Source: a virus
Reading direction: 5' to 3' (one strand)
DNA length: 37,793 nucleotides
IMG/VR virus record: IMGVR_UViG_3300028584_000490
Coordinates: 1 to 37,793 of that record
Both the position numbers and the translations under genes were made by a program. Under the pieces are notes generated by a model. It saw nothing but the letters and a program-made list of their open reading frames with translations. It had not been told where the DNA came from and did no database searches. Shown here one piece after another: positions 16,292 to 22,469 of the stretch (its first letter is position 1; each line of letters begins with the position of its first letter).

Positions 16292-16564
16292 TGGGATAAC
16301 CATCATAGTGATAATAAGCATAGAAAAAACAACTGCACCAAAGAAACCATCGCTTTTATCACGAAATACGGTAGAATACAAAAAACCAGCGCACGCGATG
16401 TATACTAGAGAATATTGTGGTGCGATAAATGCTATGATAAAAGGGATGATCCACGCATGAACGATGCCTTTAACTATTTGCCCGTAATCGTACTCTTGTA
16501 CGTCACTTTCAAAATTTGGCGCGATCAGCGATGGCGCAGTGCTGTTAGTAAGTGGTTTTGACAT
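16286..16564 (-). CDS. Small integral membrane protein (92 aa), last gene of the leftward tiny-protein operon
   Basis: Hydrophobic helices (HAWIIPFIIAFIAP, LVYIACAGFLYSTVF, FFGAVVFSMLIITMMVI). SD AAGGA upstream. Its stop overlaps the convergent 726-aa gene by 6 nt. Confidence 0.6.
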   Translation of the reverse strand: MSKPLTNSTAPSLIAPNFESDVQEYDYGQIVKGIVHAWIIPFIIAFIAPQYSLVYIACAGFLYSTVFRDKSDGFFGAVVFSMLIITMMVIPS

Positions 16565-16565
16565 T

Positions 16566-16787
16566 TTATAGTCCTTTAAATTTATTAGATTCTTCTAAAT
16601 GACTAATTTTAGATTCTAATATTTTATTTCTAAGTTCTAAATGACTAATAGTTTCTTCATAGTAATCACAAATTGCATCAACAAAAGTATCATTTATTGT
16701 TGCTTTTACACTATGAAATCCATCTTTTAATTCTTCAGAAACACATTTTACAAAATACGTTTTACCTTTAAATAATTCTCTACTCAT
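16566..16787 (-). CDS. Hypothetical small protein (73 aa)
   Basis: I place the start at Met12 of the track ORF (MSRELFKGK...), because ATG 16787 forms an ATGA overlap with the upstream 43-aa ORF and has SD AAGGGA. Confidence 0.55.
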   Translation of the reverse strand: MSRELFKGKTYFVKCVSEELKDGFHSVKATINDTFVDAICDYYEETISHLELRNKILESKISHLEESNKFKGL

Positions 16788-16915
16788 AATGTTCCCTTTT
16801 TTATTTGATATGTAAACCATTCATTGAAGCCATGATCTGATCCATTTTCTTTTATCCATTTTGTTCTGTATGTATTATACATTTCCATTACTTCTTTAAT
16901 TAAATTAGAATTCAT
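16784..16915 (-). CDS. Hypothetical micro-protein (43 aa, MNSNLIKEVMEMYNTYRTKWIKENGSDHGFNEWFTYQIKKGTL); not in ORF track
   Basis: Hand translation. It has ATGA overlaps at both ends (16912-16915 and 16784-16787) and SD GGAGGA 8-9 nt upstream. It fills the otherwise empty gap between two listed ORFs. Confidence 0.5.
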   Translation of the reverse strand: MNSNLIKEVMEMYNTYRTKWIKENGSDHGFNEWFTYQIKKGTL

Positions 16916-17115
16916 GCTGATATTCCTCCAAAGTCAAATAAAAACCCACTCTCTAGCATAGCGTTAAGTTTTGCAAGGCGAAATATATAGCGCTCTATTA
17001 CATCATTTAGTTGAAGATCTTTTGAATATGACAGCTCTTTATCTAATAGGCGCTGTGTTTCATTGATCGACTGCTGCACTCTTCTTTTGTATTCCGGTGT
17101 TAGTTCTTTTTTCAT
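16912..17115 (-). CDS. Hypothetical helical small protein (67 aa)
   Basis: Strong SD AAGGAG 8 nt upstream of ATG 17115. ATGA overlap with the upstream 37-aa ORF. Confidence 0.6.
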   Translation of the reverse strand: MKKELTPEYKRRVQQSINETQRLLDKELSYSKDLQLNDVIERYIFRLAKLNAMLESGFLFDFGGISA

Positions 17116-17225
17116 TTTACTGCTCCTTGGTGTTGTGCTGCTAATGCAGTTCCGGTGTTTGTTGCCCAGCTTGCTGCTGCGTGGATCGATGCGTAGATCG
17201 CTATGATCATGATGATTGTTTTCAT
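17112..17225 (-). CDS. 37-aa hydrophobic or signal-peptide-like micro-protein (MKTIIMIIAIYASIHAAASWATNTGTALAAQHQGAVK); not in ORF track
   Basis: Hand translation. SD AAGGA lies upstream of ATG 17225, and the stop overlaps the next start (ATGA). The N-terminal 20 residues look like a Sec signal or TM helix. Confidence 0.45.
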   Translation of the reverse strand: MKTIIMIIAIYASIHAAASWATNTGTALAAQHQGAVK

Positions 17226-17404
17226 GGTGTTTATCCTTTTTGTATATATTTAACTGATGACAGTATTATACAACTAACATTAAAACAAGCTGAAACAATA
17301 CTAAATTAACATCATTTTAGTGTCAAATTACAACTTTATAGTATTAATCAACACTTTTTTAGGGTTTTATGGTACTATTTTAGTATTCTTTTAGGAGGTT
17401 TGAT

Positions 17405-18043
17405 ATGGTTATTACAGTAGCTCATCAAAAAGGTGGTGTGGGGAAAAGTACGATCGCTAGTAATTTGGCGGTCGAGTATTTCAAAACGTATGGGGATCGT
17501 CTCACGGTTGTGGATTTGGATACGCAGCGATCATTGACGTATTTTAATAATATACGAAAATACAATGGAATCCAAGAGCTGCCGATCGTCCAGGTGAAGA
17601 GCGCGGATGAGCTTACGGCAGTGATTAAAGCAAACAAGGGATTGATCCTCATCGATGCTGGAGGGTTTGATAGTGATGTGAATCGTGTGGCGATGCTGCA
17701 CGCGGATCGGATCATCACTCCGGTGAGCGATAGCAGCTTTGAGCTGGGTGGGTTGATGATGTTTCGCGGGATCTTGCGAGAGCTTCGTGCTGCTCGTCCT
17801 GATCTTGTCGCTACTGTGCTGCTCAATCGGGTGCATCAGTTCGCGGGGAAGAGTTTGGAGGAGATCTTCGACTTTGCTCGCAGCAATGAGGAGTTTGGTA
17901 TTTTTGAGACGATCCTACGAGATCGAGGGGAGTACAAACGTGCGACGGAAAATGGAAAGAGCGTTGTAGAGCTTGTGAGAGACGGCAAAGCAGCGCAAGA
18001 GATCACTAATTTGATGGAGGAGATGGATAATGAACAAGTTTAA
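17405..18043 (+). CDS. parA: ParA-family partition ATPase (small, type Ib-like, 212 aa)
   Basis: Deviant Walker A HQKGGVGKSTIASNLA. AGGAGG at 17393-17398. It is followed by an overlapping small RHH gene. Confidence 0.85.
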   Translation: MVITVAHQKGGVGKSTIASNLAVEYFKTYGDRLTVVDLDTQRSLTYFNNIRKYNGIQELPIVQVKSADELTAVIKANKGLILIDAGGFDSDVNRVAMLHADRIITPVSDSSFELGGLMMFRGILRELRAARPDLVATVLLNRVHQFAGKSLEEIFDFARSNEEFGIFETILRDRGEYKRATENGKSVVELVRDGKAAQEITNLMEEMDNEQV

Positions 18044-18248
18044 TGAAGCGGCGCTGGATGCAGCGGTCAATGGTGCGGCGATGAAAGTTGCTGTTGAGGC
18101 GGTAGAGATCGAGGTGGATAAACAATCTCCGGTGTACGACATACCAAAGCAATGGAAGAAGCTGATCAAGAAACATCGCCATGCTACGTTTAGTGCGTAT
18201 GCTCGTGCAGCGATTGAAGAGAAGATGCAGCGGGATGGGTTGATATGA
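18030..18248 (+). CDS. Ribbon-helix-helix centromere-binding protein candidate (ParG-like, 72 aa)
   Basis: Overlaps the parA 3' end. The C-terminal segment SPVYDIPKQWKKLIKKHRHATFSAYARAAIEEKMQRDG fits a beta-alpha-alpha RHH layout after a flexible N-tail. Confidence 0.6.
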   Translation: MNKFNEAALDAAVNGAAMKVAVEAVEIEVDKQSPVYDIPKQWKKLIKKHRHATFSAYARAAIEEKMQRDGLI

Positions 18249-18433
18249 GAGTACGTTTCTTTATAGCGAGATGGGAGCAGGGAGAGATAGAGATTAGCGA
18301 TAGTAAGTATGAAGAGTATTTAGCTATGGATACTTATGACAAAATGCAATTCGTTGAGGATCTTGCATACAGCACATATTCAGATAAAGATACAGTAGAG
18401 GCATATATCAATCCAATCAAAGAGATCGATTAG
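18245..18433 (+). CDS. Small acidic protein (62 aa)
   Basis: ATGA overlap with the RHH gene. About a quarter of the residues are D/E. Function unknown. Confidence 0.5.
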   Translation: MRVRFFIARWEQGEIEISDSKYEEYLAMDTYDKMQFVEDLAYSTYSDKDTVEAYINPIKEID

Positions 18434-18458
18434 CCTCTTTCCGTTTCCTAGTCATATA

Positions 18459-18494
18459 AGCCCGGTGCATCGTTATGGTGTAGCCGGGCTTTTT
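18459..18494 (+). terminator. Candidate rho-independent terminator of the par operon
   Basis: AGCCCGG (18459-18465) pairs with CCGGGCT (18484-18490) and is followed by TTTTT. The loop is large (18 nt), so confidence is moderate. Confidence 0.5.
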
Positions 18495-18495
18495 G

Positions 18496-19266
18496 CGTTC
18501 TACCTACCTGGTGCCGCTGCAAGCGCTAACGCGGGGGCGGGTTTCGGGATCTTGTTCTCTTGTCTTGCTGCTTTAAGCGCCAACACGACAAAGCCAAGAG
18601 CGCTCAATATGAAGATTGATTAACGGTTGGGGTTTGGAGGGGGGTTTGGTTGGGAAATCTGTCCCGTCCCGCTTGATTTTTTAAGGTTGGGCGTTTTGGC
18701 GTGTAACCTTAAGCGATTGGGTGCTGATGCAGCAGATCGGTAGCACCATGTTGTCCATGTGGGAAAAATGGTATTGAAAGTGTATAAAAGTGGAAAGTGT
18801 ATAAATCTATGAACTATTGCAAAAACAGCTCCCTATTATAGGGGATCGGCGCTGCTGTGATCTGTATGGGTTAAGCGTTCGTTTGTTTTGTACATATTTG
18901 GGCTTATTTATGGGGAAAATGTGGGGTAGTGTTGGTGGAGGGTGGTTTTGTGGGGGAAAAGTCCAAAAAACAAGAGGGGGGTATGGGCATATTGGCTGGA
19001 CGGGCTGGGAAATTTTGGGATGAAATTGTACGGGGGGTGCTTGACCCCTCGGTCGCGCCACGGTACTACTACGGTCGGAGTATTTTTGCGTATCATTTTT
19101 GCATTTTTGCCCCGCCAAAATTGCGCAAGATTGTTACGTTTAGAAAACGTCACCTTTTTCTACTAGGCGCTCTTGGCTCTTTCGAGCGAAGCGGGAACAA
19201 TTCATCGTGTTGGGGCTTGAATGGTCGGTGTGGTATCCCCGCGGTTGGTATGGTGCGTGTTGGGGC
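18496..19266. other. ~770 bp G-rich (+ strand) non-coding island between two convergent operons
   Basis: No ORF here has an SD or a plausible composition. There are many G4-7 runs (ggggtttggaggggggtttggttggg; ggtggagggtggttttgtggggg; agaggggggtatggg; gtacggggggtgc). Hairpin TTAAGGTT(18681-18688)/AACCTTAA(18705-18712). 13-nt direct repeats GAAAGTGTATAAA (18776, 18793) and CGTGTTGGGGCTT (19206, 19256). Confidence 0.6.
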
Positions 19267-19473
19267 TTAGTAGATATAGTAAAACTGTGATGAACTTCCG
19301 ATCCATCCAATGCTTTTGAAAAAGTAGAATGATCCAAAAAATGAAATAGCCATAGAAATTGCCAGGATATATTCTGATAATTTTGAGCATTTTTTTTCGT
19401 GGCACTCTTGTCCAACATAATAGAGCGATCCTGGTACAGCCATTATGATTATAATTGATAAGATTCCAAGCAT
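19267..19473 (-). CDS. Small two-TM membrane protein (68 aa), distal gene of the repressor operon
   Basis: Predicted TM helices LGILSIIIIMAVPGSLYYV and ILAISMAISFFGSFYFF. The start lies 1 nt after the upstream stop. Confidence 0.55.
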   Translation of the reverse strand: MLGILSIIIIMAVPGSLYYVGQECHEKKCSKLSEYILAISMAISFFGSFYFFKSIGWIGSSSQFYYIY

Positions 19474-19474
19474 C

Positions 19475-19714
19475 TTATTTCTTTGGGGTATTTCGTTTAT
19501 CTTCTGATGGGAGGACTTGTTTTGCTGATCCGTCAGGGTTGTAGATTACCTTTATATCATCGGTGAATTTCATTCGTACCATTGTCCCTAAAAACTCCTG
19601 AAACACTTCACCCGTATCATCATTGATAATGGTAAAGCGTTCAGAATCTTTTACATAGACCCATTTCGCGTTGGCGCTTACTATGATCAGTGCTGCTAAT
19701 ATAATTTTTTTCAT
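19475..19714 (-). CDS. Small exported protein (79 aa, Sec signal peptide)
   Basis: MKKIILAALIIVSANA then KW (AxA cleavage-like site). ATGA overlap with the repressor stop. Confidence 0.6.
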   Translation of the reverse strand: MKKIILAALIIVSANAKWVYVKDSERFTIINDDTGEVFQEFLGTMVRMKFTDDIKVIYNPDGSAKQVLPSEDKRNTPKK

Positions 19715-20361
19715 CCGTGATACTCCATTGTGTAGATTACTTGCCCTAATATTTCTATCTCATCTTTTTTAATATTAAATTGTGGGTAGTCGGGGTTATC
19801 ACTTTTTACGATCAACCCATTATGGGCTACAAATAGCCGTTTAACAAAGATCTCATCGTTCATGCGGATAATAAAAATTTTGCCGTTTTTAATTTCGTGT
19901 TGGAGCTTATCAACGAAGATCATATCTCCATCGTTTAGGGTTTGGTTCATACTATCACCACTTACTTTTATCGCTTCAATAAGCTTGGAAGAGGTGCGTG
20001 GCAATAGGTTGTGATCCACAAAGATCATATCATACTCACAATGATCCCCATTAAGACATCCAAATCCAGCTGATGCAGATATATCCTGGAAAAGTTTTAC
20101 TGCAATTTTTCCTACTGGCGCATCATCTCCAAGATTTAGGCGAGGGGAGATCTTCATCTCACCCAACCCATAGAAGATATATTCTAAATTTGCATCTGTA
20201 TCACGCAAATTATTGACTATTGCTTCATGAGGGATAGCATTTCTTCTTTTTCTCTCGTAAATATTTGCTGCTGTTAATCCAATAATTTGTGCTATTTCTT
20301 TGTCATCTGTAACTTTAAAAAAAGTTTTTAAGCGCAATAGCACATTATTTATGTCATTCAA
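19711..20361 (-). CDS. CI/LexA-like phage repressor (HTH + S24 peptidase autocleavage domain)
   Basis: N-terminal HTH (KEIAQIIGLTAANIYERKRRNAIP). S24 catalytic Ser in VSGDSMNQTL and Lys in EIFVKRL. It is divergent from an XRE gene. Confidence 0.85.
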   Translation of the reverse strand: MNDINNVLLRLKTFFKVTDDKEIAQIIGLTAANIYERKRRNAIPHEAIVNNLRDTDANLEYIFYGLGEMKISPRLNLGDDAPVGKIAVKLFQDISASAGFGCLNGDHCEYDMIFVDHNLLPRTSSKLIEAIKVSGDSMNQTLNDGDMIFVDKLQHEIKNGKIFIIRMNDEIFVKRLFVAHNGLIVKSDNPDYPQFNIKKDEIEILGQVIYTMEYHG

Positions 20362-20380
20362 AGTTACTCCTAAGTTTTTG

Positions 20381-20397
20381 TGTTGTAATATACAACA
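20381..20397. promoter_or_regulatory. Candidate operator: 17-bp palindrome TGTTGTA-ATA-TACAACA in the repressor/cro divergent region
   Basis: Perfect 7-bp inverted arms read in the 109-bp intergenic region between the divergent starts 20361 and 20471. Confidence 0.5.
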
Positions 20398-20470
20398 TAT
20401 TTTCTTCTATGCTGTATTGTGTATGTTTATATTATATCGGCATTTTTAATAAATTAAGCAAAGGTTTTAT

Positions 20471-20689
20471 GTGGTAAGTCAAAATATTAAGATTTTTCGT
20501 GTTACATTAAAGCTCGATCAAGATGAATTTGCAAAGCGTTTAGGCGTGACTCAGCCGACAATATCAAGCTGGGAAAACGGAAAAACAAAGCCCGATGTGG
20601 ATCATATTTTGACTATTGTTGATATGGGTGCGAATATTTATTTTATTTTGCATGGTATTGGATCACCACTTATGAGGATGAGCGCATGA
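20471..20689 (+). CDS. Cro-like XRE-family HTH regulator (72 aa)
   Basis: LDQDEFAKRLGVTQPTISSWENGKTKP is a canonical XRE HTH. The start is GTG, and the gene is divergent from the repressor. Confidence 0.75.
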   Translation: MVSQNIKIFRVTLKLDQDEFAKRLGVTQPTISSWENGKTKPDVDHILTIVDMGANIYFILHGIGSPLMRMSA

Positions 20690-21063
20690 GTCAAAAATAC
20701 GTATCAGTCAATTATGTTATGGATCGGGATGATCGTACCCGTAAGTATTTTGAGAACATGATGCGCTCTAAGCATAATCATGGGCGGGTGATCCAGGAGA
20801 ATGGGAAACTGATGGTGGATGCTAATTATGACGTTGGTATGCAGCATGAGATCTATGATCTGTATATGCAAGCGGAGCATTTAGCAAAAAATACCCATAA
20901 GCTCGCGGTGTATCTCTCTCGTTATCTCTCCGGTGATGAAGTCAATGCGTTGTATCTGTATTTGCGCTATGCGTCGTTCAAACATTTTGAGAGAGCAAAG
21001 CTGGTGAAGGAATTATTGCTTCGCTTTATTTGCGAAAATTCTCTTTTTGGAGTGCAAGCGTGA
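20686..21063 (+). CDS. Hypothetical early protein (125 aa) immediately upstream of the TGTTGCGGC repeat array
   Basis: ATGA overlap with cro. No family recognised. Its position suggests a regulator or origin-binding role, but that is inference only. Confidence 0.5.
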   Translation: MSQKYVSVNYVMDRDDRTRKYFENMMRSKHNHGRVIQENGKLMVDANYDVGMQHEIYDLYMQAEHLAKNTHKLAVYLSRYLSGDEVNALYLYLRYASFKHFERAKLVKELLLRFICENSLFGVQA

Positions 21064-21112
21064 GTCTCCTGGCTACCACCGCGCGATCGTTTGCACTGCC
21101 AAAAGGGAATTT

Positions 21113-21350
21113 TGTTGCGGCTGTTGCGGCATTTGTTGCGGCACTGTTGCGGCTTGACCTCCCTATTTTGGGCAAGTGTAGCTATGTTGCGGCTGTTGCG
21201 GAACTTTCCGTGTATATATGTGCGCATAGGGGCGCGCAGGCGCGGTAGGTACATATCGTGCCGCAACATAGCAACACATAGCTACACCTCCCTTGTGTAC
21301 GCTGTTGCTACCCTATCTTTTATTTTTCTTTAAGTCGCAACATAGCAACA
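21113..21350. repeat. Iteron-like array: TGTTGCGGC x6 direct (21113, 21122, 21134, 21145, 21185, 21194) plus inverted copies (GCCGCAACA 21260; GCAACA at 21271, 21337, 21345), followed by an AT-rich tract
   Basis: Read directly. Copies 1-4 are spaced 9-12 nt apart. The direct and inverted sets flank a TATATATG / GC-rich palindromic centre (ggggcgcgcaggcgcgg). An A/T-rich stretch at 21320-21400 follows. Confidence 0.8.
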
Positions 21351-21576
21351 AAGAAAAATTTAAGAAAAGAACTTAAAAAAAGCAAAGAGATTTTAAACTT
21401 CCTATTGGGAAAGGCTCTTTGCTCTTGCGATGAAGTTTGCAAAGAACTAACGCTACACGTAGTGGTTGGTCGTTTGGAGATTTCACAAACCAAAGGAGTT
21501 GTTCATGACAACCAAAGAGAAAAAGAAACTACGGGCAAAACGAAAAGCTCGAACGCAAATGAAAGGGGAATAGATT

Positions 21577-21885
21577 ATGGAGTTAGTCGGTGGTAGATCT
21601 AGCGGGATGAGTGTTTTTGAAAAAGCAAGGGCGGTATCGTTTGTGCCGTATGCTGAGTCGTTTTTGGGGGTGGTGTTTACCGACATCCATAGCCCTAAGT
21701 GTTTGTGTCCGTTTCACGATGATGGTGATCCTAGCTTTAGCGTGAGTTTGAAAATAAATAAGGGAAAGTGTTTCTCGTGCATGGAGCGCGGGCGTATGGT
21801 GGACATCATCGAGTTTACGGCAACGATCGTGGGGTGCAGTCCTAAAGAAGCAGCGGAAAAGATTTGTGAGGATTTGGCATTATGA
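21577..21885 (+). CDS. Stand-alone DnaG-type primase zinc-binding domain (zf-CHC2, 102 aa)
   Basis: CLCPFHDDGDPSFSVSLKINKGKCFSCMERG is the CHC2 zinc-ribbon signature of bacterial and phage primases. Confidence 0.8.
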   Translation: MELVGGRSSGMSVFEKARAVSFVPYAESFLGVVFTDIHSPKCLCPFHDDGDPSFSVSLKINKGKCFSCMERGRMVDIIEFTATIVGCSPKEAAEKICEDLAL

Positions 21886-22469
21886 GAGTTCTTAATCTAT
21901 ACGCTGGAATTGGCGGGAATAGAAAACTATGGGGGGGGGACATTCAAGTGACTGCCGTTGAATTCGATCCATCCATTGCAGAAGCATATAAAGATCGTTA
22001 TCCAAATGATACTGTAATTGTTGGATGCGCTCAAAAATATCTTTTGGAAAATTATAGAAACTTTGATTTTATATGGGCATCCCCTCCATGCCAATCTCAT
22101 AGCACTATCATAAACTCACAATACACGAGAGATAACTACAACGCAAAATTGCCTGATATGTCACTCTATCAAATAATTTTATTTTTACAAGGTCATGGCA
22201 GAAAAATTAAATGGGTTGTAGAAAATGTAATCCCATATTATGAACCTCTTATAAAACCGACTTCAAAAATTGATAGACACTTGTACTGGTCAAACTTTGA
22301 TATTCCTAGTATTGATGTTGAGAAAAAACATATTATTAAATTTGTTACGATTGACACACTAAAAGATTTTGATATTTCAAAGTATTCAGGAATAAAAAAT
22401 AAACGACAAGTTATCAGAAACCAAGTTGATTACCAAGTAGGCGCATATATTTTTGGATGTGCTCTATGA
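21882..22469 (+). CDS. Compact DNA cytosine-5 methyltransferase-like protein (195 aa, minimal target-recognition region)
   Basis: Motif I LNLYAGIGG. Motif II TAVEFD. Motif IV ASPPCQSHS (catalytic Cys). Motif VI WVVENV. R-containing DRHLYWSNF. C-terminal RNQVDYQVGAYIF resembles motif X. Only about 35-40 residues lie between motif VIII and the C-terminal motifs. The gene is AT-rich relative to its neighbours. Confidence 0.7.
   Translation: MRVLNLYAGIGGNRKLWGGDIQVTAVEFDPSIAEAYKDRYPNDTVIVGCAQKYLLENYRNFDFIWASPPCQSHSTIINSQYTRDNYNAKLPDMSLYQIILFLQGHGRKIKWVVENVIPYYEPLIKPTSKIDRHLYWSNFDIPSIDVEKKHIIKFVTIDTLKDFDISKYSGIKNKRQVIRNQVDYQVGAYIFGCAL

Noticed and set aside
18807-19418. ORFs in and around the G-rich island (18807..19118 -, 18817..19023 +, 18908..19153 -, 18929..19270 +, 18942..19166 +, 19140..19418 -, 19202..19405 -)
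   Set aside because: These are Pro-rich or Gly/Trp-rich translations of C- or G-runs. They overlap in several frames, have no SD and show no coupling to neighbouring genes. 19140..19418 and 19202..19405 also conflict with the better-supported 19267..19473 membrane gene.
20967-21333. Three ORFs overlapping the TGTTGCGGC array (21030..21248 +, 21091..21333 +, 20967..21269 -)
   Set aside because: Their sequences are translations of the 9-nt repeat (AAVAAFVAALL..., LLRLLRHLLRH...). They have no SD and overlap one another. The region is better explained as an iteron/origin array.
21405-21596. 63-aa ORF, and a 22-aa basic ORF (21505..21573, MTTKEKKKLRAKRKARTQMKGE) with a good SD (AAAGGAG)
   Set aside because: The 63-aa ORF starts at a non-ATG codon (TTG) with no SD and crosses the A/T-rich origin flank. 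The 22-aa peptide is plausible as a leader or micro-protein, but it is too small to support from sequence alone.
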